A DNA stretch of 64,000 nucleotides from contig JBCQTG010000001.1 of the NCBI GenBank assembly GCA_047178765.1, positions 2,581-66,580 of the forward strand, written 5' to 3'. The position numbers were made by a program, and so were the translations under genes. Positions 11,201 through 21,816 of this stretch are shown piece after piece. A model generated the notes under the pieces. It saw only the letters and a list, made by a program, of their open reading frames with translations. It searched no databases and was not told the origin of the DNA. Source of the stretch: Rikenellaceae bacterium. GTDB lineage: Bacteria; Bacteroidota; Bacteroidia; Bacteroidales; Rikenellaceae. Every line of letters begins with the position of its first letter. The stretch's first letter is position 1.

Positions 11201-12491
11201 CCTTAATCACATTCTCCAATATTCCCCAAATTACGGGATCCTTTCTATCTATAATCTTCTTTGCTGACTTAACAGTCTTTACTATTCCGCGCTCGATAAG
11301 TTTACGAATAACGAATGGCTTATATAGCTCAGCTGCCATATCCTTCGGTATTCCCATCTCATGCATCTTCAACTCTGGTCCAACGACAATTACCGAACGA
11401 GCCGAGTAATCAACACGCTTACCCAACAGGTTCTGACGGAAACGTCCCTGCTTACCCTTAAGTGAATCTGAGAGCGATTTAAGAGGTCTATTAGACTCAT
11501 TCTTAACCGCATTGCTCTTTCGTGAGTTGTCGAACAAAGAGTCGACAGCCTCCTGCAACATACGCTTCTCATTTCTCAAGATCACCTCTGGAGCCTTGAT
11601 CTCGATCAACCTCTTCAGACGGTTGTTACGTATAATCACACGACGATAGAGATCATTCAGATCAGAGGTTGCAAAACGACCTCCATCCAATGGCACCAAT
11701 GGGCGCAACTCTGGTGGTATGACTGGCACTACGCTCAACACCATCCACTCAGGCTTGTTCCTCTCCCTCGATGTTCTGAACGACTCGATAACGTTAAGTC
11801 TCTTCAACGCCTCGCTCTTTCTCTGCTGTGAGGTCTCACGCATAGCTCTATCGCGCAACCTGAATGACTCTGAGTCGAGATCGACACTGCGCAACATCAC
11901 GTCGACAGCCTCAGCGCCCATCATCGCTACGAACTTATTTGGATCGTCGTTGCTAAGTTGGTTATTACCCTCAGGCAACTGCTCCAAAACATCGAGATAC
12001 TCCTTCTCAGAGAGTGTTTGTAGTCTATCTATACCTACCTCGCTCGCTGCACCCGCATTGATAACGATATAGCGCTCATAGTAGATGATCGACTCCAACT
12101 TCTTCGTTGGCACACCCAACAGATAACCAATCTTCGATGGTAGTGATCTGAAGTACCAGATGTGAACCACAGGGACAACCAATGAGATGTGACCCATTCT
12201 CTCGCGACGCACCTTCTTCTCAGTAACCTCGACACCACACCTATCGCAGACAATACCGCGATAGCGAATACGCTTATACTTTCCGCAGTGGCACTCATAA
12301 TCCTTCACAGGACCAAAAATACGCTCACAGAACAAACCATCACGCTCAGGCTTATAGGTACGATAGTTAATCGTCTCTGGCTTGAGAACCTCTCCACTCG
12401 ATTGTGTAAGGATCTCCTCTGGCGACGCTAGTCCGATTGAGATCTGCTTATATCCGCCCGTCTGTCTACTATCTTTATTATTGAATGACAT
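8235..12491 (-). CDS. rpoC: RNA polymerase beta' subunit
   Basis: [21 protein letters not shown], zinc-binding cysteines; 1418 aa. Confidence 0.99.
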   Translation of the reverse strand: MSFNNKDSRQTGGYKQISIGLASPEEILTQSSGEVLKPETINYRTYKPERDGLFCERIFGPVKDYECHCGKYKRIRYRGIVCDRCGVEVTEKKVRRERMGHISLVVPVVHIWYFRSLPSKIGYLLGVPTKKLESIIYYERYIVINAGAASEVGIDRLQTLSEKEYLDVLEQLPEGNNQLSNDDPNKFVAMMGAEAVDVMLRSVDLDSESFRLRDRAMRETSQQRKSEALKRLNVIESFRTSRERNKPEWMVLSVVPVIPPELRPLVPLDGGRFATSDLNDLYRRVIIRNNRLKRLIEIKAPEVILRNEKRMLQEAVDSLFDNSRKSNAVKNESNRPLKSLSDSLKGKQGRFRQNLLGKRVDYSARSVIVVGPELKMHEMGIPKDMAAELYKPFVIRKLIERGIVKTVKSAKKIIDRKDPVIWGILENVIKGHPVLMNRAPTLHRLGIQAFQPKLIEGKAMQLHPLSCTAFNADFDGDQMAVHLPLGNAAILEAQMLMLGSHNILNPANGAPITVPSQDMVLGLYYITKPRKGAKGEGLTFYGPEEAIIAYNEKRAALHAIVKCKVDNLNESGELEEQLIETTIGRILFNQVVPKEVGYINEVLTKRSMRDIITVVMKIAGSAKVAAFLDDIKSMGYRMAFQGGLSFNLDAVIIPDEKETLVNEGYERADAIMDDYNMGLITNNERYNQIIDVWTNINSKLTKTVIDTLIADQDGFNPVYMMLDSGARGSKEQIRQLSGMRGLMAKPQKSGVEGGQQVIENPILSNFKEGLTVLEYFISTHGARKGLADTALKTADAGYLTRRLVDVAQDVIIKDTDCGTLRGLIAKAIKRNEDVVQTLYDRILGRTALNDIIHPLTGELLCGAGEEITEEIGEKIENSPLESVEIRSVLTCESRNGVCARCYGRNLASGRMVQRGEVVGVIAAQSIGEPGTQLTLRTFHVGGVAGGSTVETNVISKYEGKIEIDELRTIASKNAQGEAINLVVSRQSEFRIVDPKTEIVLYTHALPYGSTLFVEDGATIKSGDLICEWDPYNAVVISENDGVIAYDSVIEGITYREERDEQTGLSERVIIESKDRTKNPVIKILDKAGGTILKALNLPVLAHVVVKDKAKVKAGDIIIKIPRAVGKSGGDITGGLPRVTELFEARNPSNPAIVSEIDGEVSFGKIKRGNREIIITSRDGDVKRYLVPLSRQIIVQENDYVKAGNPLSDGAITPADILRILGPTLVQEHIVNEVQEVYRMQGVKINDKHFEVIVRQMMSKVKIEDAGDTQFFEDQVVDKWEFMDSNDELYDKVVITNAGDSSLMQVGEIVSLRRLNDENSMLRRKDMALVEVRPIVPATSNQVLQGITRAALQTSSFISAASFQETTKVLNEAAIQGKIDPFVNLKENVICGHLIPGGTGLREYESLLVSQKREVVAEL

Positions 12492-12512
12492 ATATTTATA
12501 TCCTCCTACTTA

Positions 12513-15500
12513 TTACTCCAACTTAACTGACAATGCCAAACCACGAAGCTCATGCAACAATACATTCATCGCCTCAGGGATTCCCGGCTTAGGGAGGTTA
12601 TCACCCTTAACAATAGCTTCATAAGCCTTAGCACGTCCAACAACATCATCCGACTTGATGGTCAAGATCTCCTGAAGAATGTTTGCCGCACCGAATCCCT
12701 CCAATGCCCAAACCTCCATCTCTCCGAACCTCTGACCTCCGAACTGAGCCTTACCTCCAAGAGGCTGCTGAGTAATCAATGAGTATGGTCCGATAGAACG
12801 AGCATGCATCTTATCATCGATCATGTGACCCAGCTTCAACATATAGGTCACACCCACTGTCGCTGGCTGGTCGAACATCTCTCCGGAGCCTCCATCATAG
12901 AGGAAGGTACGTCCACTGTGTGGGATTCCCGCCTTTGCACCAACCTCGTTGACATCATCCAACGATGCTCCATCGAAGATTGGCGTAGCGAACTTAACAC
13001 CCAACTCCTTACCTGCCCATCCAAGAACAGACTCGAAGATCTGACCCAAGTTCATACGCGAAGGTACACCAAGTGGGTTCAAACAGATGTCTACAATCGA
13101 TCCATCCTCCAAGAATGGCATATCCTCGTCACGAACGATCTTAGCTACGATACCCTTATTTCCGTGGCGTCCCGCCATCTTATCTCCAACCTTGAGCTTA
13201 CGCTTCTTAGCGATGTAGACCTTAGCGATCTGGATAACTCCGTTCTGTGGCAACTCATCACCATTCGAGGCGTTATACTTCTCCCTCTTAGTCGCAGCAT
13301 CGATCCTCTTCCACTCCATGGTGTAGTTGTTGACCATCGTCTCGATCATCTTATTCTTATGATCGTCATTGGTCCATGTACATGCACCTAAGTTCAAATA
13401 TCCCGACTCGATCTTTGACTTCTCATCGACCATTAGGTGTGAGATCTCCTCAAACATCCTACGTGTGAACTTCGTTCCTGTACCATACAACTCCACTCCG
13501 AAGTAGTCTTGAATACCACCCTTCACAACCTCTCCATCGAGCAGTGTTATGAGTTTATCAACCAGACGAGATGTGAGTGCAGCGATCTGCTTAGCCATCT
13601 TCTCATCAAACATCTCAGTCTGCTGCTTCTCCGCTGTACGCGACTTCTTAACATCTTTAGATGCACGTGAGTACAACTTAGTATCGACAACAACTCCATG
13701 TAGAGATGGCTGCGCCTTCATCGAGGCATCCTTAACATCACCAGCCTTATCACCAAAGATCGCCCTTAGCAACTTCTCCTCTGGCGAAGGATCACTCTCT
13801 CCCTTAGGGGTGATCTTTCCGATAAGAATATCTCCCGGCTTGATATTTGCTCCAACGCGAACGATTCCTGTTCCATCCAAGTCACGTGTTGCATCCTCAC
13901 TAACGTTAGGAATATCAGAGGTCAACTCCTCCACTCCACGCTTAGTGTCACGCACCTCCATGATATACTCATCAACATGGATAGATGTGAAAATATCGTC
14001 ACGCTGAATCCTCTCAGAGATAACAATCGCATCCTCGAAGTTATAACCCTTCCATGGCATATATGCCACCTTCAAGTTACGCCCCAAAGCCAACTCACCA
14101 CTCTGAGTAGAGTAGCCCTCACTCATGATATGACCCTTCGATACCCTCTGACCAGTCAATACCGTAGGCTTCAATGTGATTGAGGTGTTCTGGTTTGTCT
14201 TGCGATAACGAGGTAGTTTATATGTAGTTACCTCTGGGGCAAATGTACACAACTTCTCATCCTCAGTGCGGTCGTAACGAATATCGATTCTGGTAGCATC
14301 AGCAAAGACAACCTCACCATCCTTCTCAGCAACAACCTGAATACGGCTATCGATAATCAACTCCTTTTCGATACCTGTACCAACGATAGGCGACTCCGAA
14401 GTAATCAACGGAACAGCCTGACGCATCATGTTTGATCCCATCAACGCACGGTTCGCATCATCATGCTCCAAGAATGGGATCAATGACGCAGCGATAGAGG
14501 CGATCTGGTTTGGTGCAACATCCATCAAGTCCAACTCCTGAGATGTAACAACCGGCACATCAGCACCCTCACGCGCTTTGATACGATCGGGCTGCAAGAA
14601 GTTACCCTCGTTATCGACAGGCATATGTGCCTGTGCAACGATCTTACCCTCCTCGTCCTCAGCAGTATAATATTTAATATGGTCATTATTGAGATCTACC
14701 CTACCATTCTCAACTGAGCGATATGGAGTCTCGATAAAGCCCATAGGCGAAATTCTAGCAAAGACACACAATGACGAGATCAATCCGATGTTTGGTCCCT
14801 CAGGAGACTCAATCGGACACAAACGTCCATAGTGTGTATAGTGTACGTCACGAACCTCAAATCCCGCACGGTCACGCGAGAGTCCTCCCGGTCCGAGGGC
14901 AGACAACCTACGCTTATGGGTGATCTCCGCCAATGGGTTGATCTGATCCATAAACTGCGATAGCTGCGATGTTCCAAAGAAGGAGTTGATAACGCTAGAG
15001 AGGGTCTTAGCATTGATAAGGTCAACAGGTGTAAAGACCTCGTTGTCCCTAACATTCATCCTCTCCCTGATGGTACGCGCCATCCTCACCAATCCTACAG
15101 AGAACTGGTTAGACAACTGCTCTCCAACAGTACGTACACGACGGTTCGACAAGTGGTCAATATCATCCACATCAGCCTTAGAGTTAATCAACTCGATAAG
15201 GTACTTAATGATCGCGATAATATCCTCACGTGTCAACGTACGAACACTAGAGTCGGTATCCAACTCCAGCTTAGTATTGATTCGGTAGCGACCAACCTGC
15301 CCCAAATCATATCTCTTATCTGAGAAGAAGAGTTTATCAATCACATCGCGCGCGGTAGCCTCATCTGGTGGCTCCGAAGCGCGTAGCTGTCTATAGATAT
15401 ATACAACAGCCTCCTTCTCAGAGTTACATGTATCCTTTTGTAGTGTATTGTAGATAACCGAGAAATCGACACCCGATGATGACTCCTTATGCAAAAGAAT

Positions 15501-16376
15501 CTTCTTCGCGCCACTCTCCAAAATATCCTCAATATTCTCAGCGGTAAGCTCAGTCTCGCGATCAACAATCACATTGTTACGCTCGATAGAGACAACCTCA
15601 CCGGTATCCTCATCGACAAAATCCTCAATCCACGTCTGCAAAACCCTTGCCGCCAACTTGCGACCAACAGCCTTCTTCAAGTTTGCCTTATTGACCTTAA
15701 CCTCATCAGCCAAGTCAAAGATCTCCAAGATCTGCTGATCGGTCTCGAAACCAATGGCACGCAAAAGGGTAGTTACAGGCAACTTCTTCTTACGATCGAT
15801 ATATGCATACATCACATTATTGATGTCGGTAGCAAACTCAATCCACGAACCCTTGAATGGGATAATACGTGCTGAGTATAGCTTTGTTCCGTTAGTGTGC
15901 ATGCTCTGACCGAAGAATACACCGGGTGAACGATGGAGCTGCGAGACAATAACACGCTCAGCACCATTAATCACAAATGTTCCCCTCTCGGTCATATATG
16001 GAATGGTTCCAAAATATACATCCTGAACCACTACACCGAAATCCTCATGGTCATCATCCGTGCAATAGAGCTTCAACTTAGCCTTAAGTGGCACTCCATA
16101 TATCAATCCCCTATCCAAACACTCCTCAATTGACCAACGAGGAGGATCGATATAGTAGTCGATAAACTCCAACACAAAGTTGTTGCGAGTATCTGTAATT
16201 GGGAAGTTCTCCTGAAACACCTTGTAGAGACCCTCGCTCTTGCGATTCTCAGCCGTGGTGTCCATCTGGAAGAAATCACGAAATGATTTGAGCTGTACTT
16301 CGAGCAGATCAGGATAAGGCACTGGGTGCTTGATCGTTGAGAAGTTTACTCTTTGTTGTTGTTTTGTCGCGGACAT
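12513..16376 (-). CDS. rpoB: RNA polymerase beta subunit
   Basis: [32 protein letters not shown]; 1287 aa. Confidence 0.99.
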   Translation of the reverse strand: MSATKQQQRVNFSTIKHPVPYPDLLEVQLKSFRDFFQMDTTAENRKSEGLYKVFQENFPITDTRNNFVLEFIDYYIDPPRWSIEECLDRGLIYGVPLKAKLKLYCTDDDHEDFGVVVQDVYFGTIPYMTERGTFVINGAERVIVSQLHRSPGVFFGQSMHTNGTKLYSARIIPFKGSWIEFATDINNVMYAYIDRKKKLPVTTLLRAIGFETDQQILEIFDLADEVKVNKANLKKAVGRKLAARVLQTWIEDFVDEDTGEVVSIERNNVIVDRETELTAENIEDILESGAKKILLHKESSSGVDFSVIYNTLQKDTCNSEKEAVVYIYRQLRASEPPDEATARDVIDKLFFSDKRYDLGQVGRYRINTKLELDTDSSVRTLTREDIIAIIKYLIELINSKADVDDIDHLSNRRVRTVGEQLSNQFSVGLVRMARTIRERMNVRDNEVFTPVDLINAKTLSSVINSFFGTSQLSQFMDQINPLAEITHKRRLSALGPGGLSRDRAGFEVRDVHYTHYGRLCPIESPEGPNIGLISSLCVFARISPMGFIETPYRSVENGRVDLNNDHIKYYTAEDEEGKIVAQAHMPVDNEGNFLQPDRIKAREGADVPVVTSQELDLMDVAPNQIASIAASLIPFLEHDDANRALMGSNMMRQAVPLITSESPIVGTGIEKELIIDSRIQVVAEKDGEVVFADATRIDIRYDRTEDEKLCTFAPEVTTYKLPRYRKTNQNTSITLKPTVLTGQRVSKGHIMSEGYSTQSGELALGRNLKVAYMPWKGYNFEDAIVISERIQRDDIFTSIHVDEYIMEVRDTKRGVEELTSDIPNVSEDATRDLDGTGIVRVGANIKPGDILIGKITPKGESDPSPEEKLLRAIFGDKAGDVKDASMKAQPSLHGVVVDTKLYSRASKDVKKSRTAEKQQTEMFDEKMAKQIAALTSRLVDKLITLLDGEVVKGGIQDYFGVELYGTGTKFTRRMFEEISHLMVDEKSKIESGYLNLGACTWTNDDHKNKMIETMVNNYTMEWKRIDAATKREKYNASNGDELPQNGVIQIAKVYIAKKRKLKVGDKMAGRHGNKGIVAKIVRDEDMPFLEDGSIVDICLNPLGVPSRMNLGQIFESVLGWAGKELGVKFATPIFDGASLDDVNEVGAKAGIPHSGRTFLYDGGSGEMFDQPATVGVTYMLKLGHMIDDKMHARSIGPYSLITQQPLGGKAQFGGQRFGEMEVWALEGFGAANILQEILTIKSDDVVGRAKAYEAIVKGDNLPKPGIPEAMNVLLHELRGLALSVKLE

Positions 16377-16617
16377 CAGTCAAATCCAATTTTTGAGGTG
16401 TTATTTAGTCTATCACTCACCAACATCGCGTCGTGAAATAATGACTCTTTGCTAACACATACCTCCGTTATGCTTTATTTGATGTGTCACTCTATTCGGT
16501 CAATTTTACCGAAGAGTAATCACGCTAATAGGCTATGGGTCAATTACTTAAAGCCCCAAAGCCATAATTCGTCTCACTACTACGCAATATGGTTCAAACC
16601 ATACTTTTCATTAGACG

Positions 16618-16651
16618 AGAAAAGGCATAGAGCTAAATTAGCTCTATACCT
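16618..16651 (-). terminator. Terminator/attenuator hairpin after rplL
   Basis: Minus strand AGGTATAGAGCTAATTTAGCTCTATGCCT followed by TTTTCT. Confidence 0.7.
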
Positions 16652-16685
16652 GAATATGTTCTGGACAAAGCCAGAGCCTAAAAAA

Positions 16686-17060
16686 TTATTTAAGCTCAAC
16701 CTCTGCTCCAGCCTCCTCCAACTGTGCCTTCATAGACTCAGCCTCCTCTTTAGAAGCTCCCTCTTTAACAGCCTTAGGCGCACCGTCAACCAAAGCCTTA
16801 GCATCACCTAGTGAAAGACCAGCGATCTCCTTAACAGCCTTGATTACCTGCAACTTAGCCTGACCTGCGCTAACCAAAATAACGTCGAACGCTGTCTGCT
16901 CAGCCTCTGCTGCCTCACCTGCTGCTGCTGGTGCTGCTACTGCAACTGCTGCTGCTGCTGGCTCAATTCCGTACTCATCCTTAAGGATAGCAGCCAACTC
17001 GTTTACCTCTTTAACTGTCAAATTTACCAATTGCTCAGCCAATACCTTTACATCTGCCAT
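16686..17060 (-). CDS. rplL: 50S ribosomal protein L7/L12
   Basis: [19 protein letters not shown]...[10 protein letters not shown]; start corrected to ATG 17060. Confidence 0.97.
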   Translation of the reverse strand: MADVKVLAEQLVNLTVKEVNELAAILKDEYGIEPAAAAVAVAAPAAAGEAAEAEQTAFDVILVSAGQAKLQVIKAVKEIAGLSLGDAKALVDGAPKAVKEGASKEEAESMKAQLEEAGAEVELK

Positions 17061-17130
17061 AGTTGTAATTTCTATTAATTTTTTTGTTTTTACTTTTTTT
17101 GTTTCTTTTATGAGGTCGTCAGACCTCACA

Positions 17131-17255
17131 AACTAAGTCATATTGTGATCAAAGTTTGGGGCTTCGTGAAGCTCTTAAAAGCGCAGCGTACTAAAGTACG
17201 TGAGCATTTTGAGAGCGAGGGAAGTGCCAAAATTTGGTTGCAAGATGGCTTAGTT
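17131..17255. repeat. ~125 bp imperfect palindromic element with RPE-1-like core
   Basis: Nested arms AACTAAGTCATATTGTGATCAAAGTTTGGGGCTTC / GAAGTGCCAAAATTTGGTTGCAAGATGGCTTAGTT, GCTCTTAAAA / TTTTGAGAGC, CGTACT / AGTACG. Confidence 0.75.
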
Positions 17256-17774
17256 GTTGCGCTCCTCGAGGGTTTTAACCAACCCTGCAATCTTCTGACC
17301 AGCGCTACCCTGCAATGCAGAGATAACATTCTTGGCAGGAGACTGAAGCAATGATACAACATCTCCGATAAGCTCCTCGCGGCTCTTGATCTTGCTCAAA
17401 GCATCCAACTGATCGTCACCAACGTAAACACAGCTCTCAGCATAAGCAGCCTTAAGGATTGGCTTGTCGCTACCCTTACGGAACTCCTGAATAAGGAGTG
17501 CAGGAGCCTTTGCATTGTGTGTAAACATCACTGAGGTTGAACCCTCCAAAACAGAGACCAAATCAGCATCAGCCAAATTAGCCCTCTCAAGTGCTTTAAC
17601 AAGTAGAGTGTTCTTCACAACAACCAATTTAACCTCCTTATCGAAGCACATACGGCGCAACGAAGCGGTCTTCTCAGCGTTCAACGCCTCGATATTGGTG
17701 ATATAGAAGTGAGGATACTCTGCGAGTTGAGCTGCTAGACCCTCGATGAGAGCCGTCTTTTGTTCTTTAGTCAT
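17250..17774 (-). CDS. rplJ: 50S ribosomal protein L10
   Basis: VVKNTL and LSKIKSREELIG motifs; position between rplA and rplL. Confidence 0.96.
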   Translation of the reverse strand: MTKEQKTALIEGLAAQLAEYPHFYITNIEALNAEKTASLRRMCFDKEVKLVVVKNTLLVKALERANLADADLVSVLEGSTSVMFTHNAKAPALLIQEFRKGSDKPILKAAYAESCVYVGDDQLDALSKIKSREELIGDVVSLLQSPAKNVISALQGSAGQKIAGLVKTLEERNN

Positions 17775-17788
17775 CTCCTATTATCCTC

Positions 17789-18484
17789 CTATTTCTCTAC
17801 TGATTTAACATCGATCATCACACCCGGACTCATAGTTGTAGAGAGGTAAATGCTCTTTACATATGTTCCCTTAGCAGCCGATGGTTTGAGCTTAAGGATA
17901 GTTGAGATAACCTCCTGTGCATTCTCAACGATCTTATCAGCGTCAAACGACACCTTACCCACTGCTGTGTGGATAATACCAAACTTATCGACCTTGAAAT
18001 CGATCTTACCAGCCTTAACCTCTTTAACAGCCTTAGCGATGTCCATCGTTACAGTACCTGTCTTAGGGTTTGGCATCAAGTTACGAGGACCGAGAATACG
18101 ACCCAACGCACCAACTTTTCCCATTACGTTTGGAGTTGTGATGATAACATCAACATCTGTCCATCCGCCTTTGATCTTGTCTACATACTCATCCAAGCCT
18201 ACGTAGTCCGCTCCAGCTGCTTTAGCCTCCTCCTCTTTGTCTGGTGTACAAAGCACGAGTACACGTGTCTCCTTACCAGTTCCGTTAGGAAGAGTCACAA
18301 CGCCACGAACCATCTGGTTTGCCTTACGTGGGTCTACACCCAAACGCACGTCAATATCTACCGAAGCATCGAATTTCGTAAAGGTAATCTCCTTGAGAAG
18401 AGCTGCTGCCTCAGCTAGTTTGTAGGCTTTATCAGCCTCAACCTTTGAATAGGCAATTTTTTGATTTTTTGTCAACTTACTCAT
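17789..18484 (-). CDS. rplA: 50S ribosomal protein L1
   Basis: [36 protein letters not shown]. Confidence 0.98.
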   Translation of the reverse strand: MSKLTKNQKIAYSKVEADKAYKLAEAAALLKEITFTKFDASVDIDVRLGVDPRKANQMVRGVVTLPNGTGKETRVLVLCTPDKEEEAKAAGADYVGLDEYVDKIKGGWTDVDVIITTPNVMGKVGALGRILGPRNLMPNPKTGTVTMDIAKAVKEVKAGKIDFKVDKFGIIHTAVGKVSFDADKIVENAQEVISTILKLKPSAAKGTYVKSIYLSTTMSPGVMIDVKSVEK

Positions 18485-18495
18485 CTTTGTGTCAA

Positions 18496-18936
18496 TTACA
18501 TATTAGGAAATTCACCAACTACGTTGATACCCATACTGCGCGCAGTACCGGCAACCATACGCATAGCAGCCTCAAGTGTAAAGCAGTTCATATCAGGCAT
18601 TTTATCCTGAGCGATTGCCTGTACCTGCTCCCATGTCACCTGTCCAACCTTATCACGGTTAGGCTGTGCAGAACCAGATTTCAGACCTGCTGCGTCTTTA
18701 AGCTGAACGGCTACTGGTGGCTGTTTGATAACGAAGTCGAAAGACTTATCGCTATAAACGGTGATGATAACTGGAAGAACCTTTCCAGCCTTATCCTGCG
18801 TGCGAGCGTTAAACTGCTTGCAGAAATCCATGATGTTCACACCCTTAGAACCAAGTGCTGGTCCTACTGGAGGTGATGGATTGGCAGCACCACCTTTGAT
18901 CTGCAATTTAATAAATGCAGCTACCTCTTTTGCCAT
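18496..18936 (-). CDS. rplK: 50S ribosomal protein L11
   Basis: [28 protein letters not shown]. Confidence 0.98.
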   Translation of the reverse strand: MAKEVAAFIKLQIKGGAANPSPPVGPALGSKGVNIMDFCKQFNARTQDKAGKVLPVIITVYSDKSFDFVIKQPPVAVQLKDAAGLKSGSAQPNRDKVGQVTWEQVQAIAQDKMPDMNCFTLEAAMRMVAGTARSMGINVVGEFPNM

Positions 18937-18952
18937 AGTTTCCTTTTGTTAA

Positions 18953-19513
18953 TTACTCTTTATCTACCTGTGTGAAACCCAACTCCATTGGAGTCTTGCG
19001 CCCAAATATCTTAACAGATACTGTGAGTTTCTTGCGCTCGTTGTCGACGCTCTCGATAATACCTTGGAAGCTCGAGAATGGACCATCTGTAACCTTGACA
19101 GTCTCGCCAACAAAGAATGGTACTTCGTTCTCCTCCTCTTGAACCATCAGATCATCTACACGACCCAAAATACGGTGAACCTCAGCCTCACGCAACGGTG
19201 TTGCGATCATCTTACGTCCATCCTCCTTTGTATCGCCTAGGAATCCTAGGACATTTGGAATATTACGAATTATAGTGGGGATATGACCGACAAATGCAGC
19301 CTCTATCAATACATAACCGGGATAAGAGACCTTATCCTTTGAATACTTCTTTCCGTTACGGATAGTATACACCTTTTCGGTTGGGATCAACACCTGTGAG
19401 ATATAATCCTCAAGATTATTGTGTTTGATCTCAGCCTCTAAGTACTCCTTAACCTTCTTCTCCTTACCGCCAATGGCTCTTACTACATACCACTGCTTTG
19501 CTACATCACTCAT
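18953..19513 (-). CDS. nusG: Transcription termination/antitermination factor NusG
   Basis: WYVV, YPGYV, KOW motif DGPFSSFQG, IFGRKTP. Confidence 0.97.
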   Translation of the reverse strand: MSDVAKQWYVVRAIGGKEKKVKEYLEAEIKHNNLEDYISQVLIPTEKVYTIRNGKKYSKDKVSYPGYVLIEAAFVGHIPTIIRNIPNVLGFLGDTKEDGRKMIATPLREAEVHRILGRVDDLMVQEEENEVPFFVGETVKVTDGPFSSFQGIIESVDNERKKLTVSVKIFGRKTPMELGFTQVDKE

Positions 19514-19542
19514 CTTATTGTCTGCTAACTACAACGTTAAAC

Positions 19543-19740
19543 CTAACTAGCTAGGTTAGCCAAAGTCTTATAGATAAATCCCATAACACCCTCGAAGGTG
19601 AGATCCATAGCCAATACCACAACAGCAAAAATAACTGTTGCAACCATAACAACAATAGTCGAACTCTGGAGCTGCGAGAACGAGGGCCACGAGACCTTGT
19701 TTACCAACTCATTATACGAATCTTTGATATACTGAATCAT
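19543..19740 (-). CDS. secE: Preprotein translocase subunit SecE
   Basis: ELVNKVSWPS plus one TM helix; between tRNA-Trp and nusG. Confidence 0.95.
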   Translation of the reverse strand: MIQYIKDSYNELVNKVSWPSFSQLQSSTIVVMVATVIFAVVVLAMDLTFEGVMGFIYKTLANLAS

Positions 19741-19777
19741 TGTTGTTGTTTTGAAATTTTACTTTATACTTCTTAAG

Positions 19778-19848
19778 CAGGAGCAGAGAGATTCGAACTC
19801 CCATCAACGGTTTTGGAGACCGCTATTCTACCCTTGAACTATGCTCCT
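19778..19848 (-). tRNA. tRNA-Trp(CCA)
   Basis: AGGAGCA acceptor stem, anticodon arm GCGGT-CTCCAAA-ACCGT, GTTCGAATC; CCA end not encoded. Confidence 0.95.
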
Positions 19849-19963
19849 TTGTGAGGAATTGGAGTCAATTAAGACTCCAAGAACCTCTATTTTTTTTTTG
19901 GAATCAGGCTATCACCTTGCGACGATGACCCTCCTCCGACTCTACTCCCAAAAGGGATTAGAA

Positions 19964-21148
19964 TTACTCAATGATCTTCAAGATCTGACCTGCACCTACT
20001 GTACGTCCACCCTCACGGATTGCGAAACGAAGACCAGCGTTCAATGCTACTGGATAGATCAATGAAACAGTGATTGTTGCATTGTCACCCGGCATAATCA
20101 TCTCAACTCCCTCAGGAAGTGCGATCTCACCTGTGATGTCCATTGTACGAAGGTAGAACTGAGGACGATACTTGTTATGGAATGGAGTGTGACGTCCACC
20201 CTCCTCTTTCTTAAGGATATAAACCTCAGCTTGGAACTTAGTGTGAGGAGTGATTGATCCCGGTTTAGCTACAACCATACCGCGCTTGATGTCGTTCTTG
20301 TCGATACCACGAAGCAATAGACCTACGTTATCTCCAGCCTCACCTGAGTCAAGGAGCTTACGGAACATCTCAACACCAGTACAAACTGAGTTCAAAGTCT
20401 TATCAAGACCTACGATCTCAACTGGATCACCTACGTTAACAACACCTGTCTCGATACGACCAGTAACAACTGTTCCACGACCTGTGATTGAGAATACGTC
20501 CTCAACTGGCATCAAGAATGGCTTCTCGTTCTCGCGTGGAGGGATTGGAATATACTCATCAACTGCGTTCATAAGCTCCATGATCTTCTCAACCCATGTA
20601 GGCTCGTCGTTAAGTCCACCAAGAGCAGAACCACGAATTACAGGAGCATTGTCGCCATCGAACTCATACTTGCTAAGAAGGTCACGAACCTCCATCTCTA
20701 CAAGGTCAAGCATCTCAGGATCGTCAACCATATCACACTTGTTAAGGAAAACAACGATCTTAGGAACGTTTACCTGACGAGCAAGAAGAACGTGCTCGTT
20801 AGTCTGAGGCATAGGACCATCAGTAGCAGCTACTACAAGGATAGCACCATCCATCTGCGCAGCACCAGTAACCATGTTCTTTACGTAATCGGCGTGACCG
20901 GGACAGTCAACGTGAGCGTAGTGACGGTTAGCAGTCTGATACTCAACGTGAGCAGTGTTGATAGTGATACCACGCTCTTTCTCCTCAGGTGCGTTATCGA
21001 TAGAGTCGAATGAACGCTTCTCTGAAAGACCTGCGTTAGCAAGAACTGTTGTGATAGCAGCAGTAAGAGTAGTCTTACCGTGGTCAACGTGACCGATTGT
21101 ACCGATGTTCACGTGGGGTTTTGAACGATCGAATTTTTCTTTTGCCAT
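19964..21148 (-). CDS. tuf: Elongation factor Tu
   Basis: [29 protein letters not shown]. Confidence 0.99.
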   Translation of the reverse strand: MAKEKFDRSKPHVNIGTIGHVDHGKTTLTAAITTVLANAGLSEKRSFDSIDNAPEEKERGITINTAHVEYQTANRHYAHVDCPGHADYVKNMVTGAAQMDGAILVVAATDGPMPQTNEHVLLARQVNVPKIVVFLNKCDMVDDPEMLDLVEMEVRDLLSKYEFDGDNAPVIRGSALGGLNDEPTWVEKIMELMNAVDEYIPIPPRENEKPFLMPVEDVFSITGRGTVVTGRIETGVVNVGDPVEIVGLDKTLNSVCTGVEMFRKLLDSGEAGDNVGLLLRGIDKNDIKRGMVVAKPGSITPHTKFQAEVYILKKEEGGRHTPFHNKYRPQFYLRTMDITGEIALPEGVEMIMPGDNATITVSLIYPVALNAGLRFAIREGGRTVGAGQILKIIE

Positions 21149-21322
21149 TGTAGTAAAATATTAAATTTTTAATTTATTATATCTGTTGTACTATTCGCTA
21201 ACAAACGATGCAACTACACAGACCGAATGCTTCGTCTTGAAACAACAAAAGCGGTCTTGAGCATAGTTTAAACCAACACAAAACGCACTTCGTGGGCGGT
21301 AATTACATCTATCATTATTTTG

Positions 21323-21395
21323 AGCGGAAGACGAGACTCGAACTCGCAACCCTTAGCTTGGAAGGCTAATGCTCTACCAATTGAGCTACTTCCGC
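21323..21395 (-). tRNA. tRNA-Gly(TCC)
   Basis: GCGGAAG acceptor, TTAGC-CTTCCAA-GCTAA anticodon arm, GTTCGAGTC. Confidence 0.95.
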
Positions 21396-21438
21396 AATAT
21401 ACCTTTCGTATATGCCACCTTGGTTAGTGGACTTTTTT

Positions 21439-21524
21439 TGGTGGGAAGTGATGGATTCGAACCACCGTAAGCATACGCTAGCAGATTTACAGTCTGCCCC
21501 ATTTGGCCACTCTGGTAACTTCCC
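21439..21524 (-). tRNA. tRNA-Tyr(GTA)
   Basis: GGGAAGT acceptor, GCAGA-CTGTAAA-TCTGC, long variable arm, encoded ACCA end. Confidence 0.95.
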
Positions 21525-21571
21525 AAACCTTATTGCATCCCCACCTATTCTCACAGGCGAACCGGGACTTG

Positions 21572-21645
21572 AGCCGATGGAGGGATTCGAACCCCCGACC
21601 AGCTGATTACAAATCAGCTGCTCTGGCCAACTGAGCTACATCGGC
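21572..21645 (-). tRNA. tRNA-Thr(TGT)
   Basis: GCCGATG acceptor, GCTGA-TTTGTAA-TCAGC, GGTTCGAATCC. Confidence 0.95.
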
Positions 21646-21671
21646 ATTGATGTTTGACCTTTTTGGTGATG

Positions 21672-21703
21672 CAAAGATAATAGATGTTTTTTTAACTACC
21701 AAA
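21672..21703 (-). promoter_or_regulatory. Primary-sigma promoter of the tRNA-tuf operon
   Basis: TTTG-N20-TATCTTTG on the minus strand. Confidence 0.8.
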
Positions 21704-21774
21704 TATTTTATATCTTTTTTTTCTATTTTTTATTGTCAAACGAACTTAAATAACCACACCTATATTATATATAG

Positions 21775-21803
21775 GGGGAGGGTCAAAATCACTGACCCTC
21801 CCC
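21775..21803 (-). terminator. gad terminator hairpin
   Basis: GGGGAGGGTCA / TGACCCTCCCC 11 bp stem just past the gad stop. Confidence 0.7.
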
Positions 21804-21816
21804 TCCTCTATAACCC

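Noticed and set aside
7602-16133. Many antisense or alternate-frame ORFs up to ~200 aa over the kinase gene, rpoC and rpoB
   Set aside because: Shadow ORFs expected from codon bias of the real genes; no recognisable domains
8235-16376. Possible inteins or fusion in rpoB/rpoC
   Set aside because: Lengths are typical and no splicing motifs were seen
16449-16811. 120-aa plus-strand ORF across the rplL-rpoB spacer
   Set aside because: Antisense to rplL, crosses hairpins, TTG start and no motifs
17061-17129. N-terminal extension of L7/L12
   Set aside because: A-rich leader without stops; the canonical start is MADVK at 17060
19859-19880. Hairpin TTGGAGTC-AATTAA-GACTCCAA between tuf and tRNA-Trp
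   Set aside because: Short ordinary spacer stem, probably processing or partial termination
21366-21606. Short ORFs on both strands
   Set aside because: They overlap tRNA genes
19778-21645. Three tRNAs lack an encoded CCA
   Set aside because: Common; the CCA-adding enzyme supplies it
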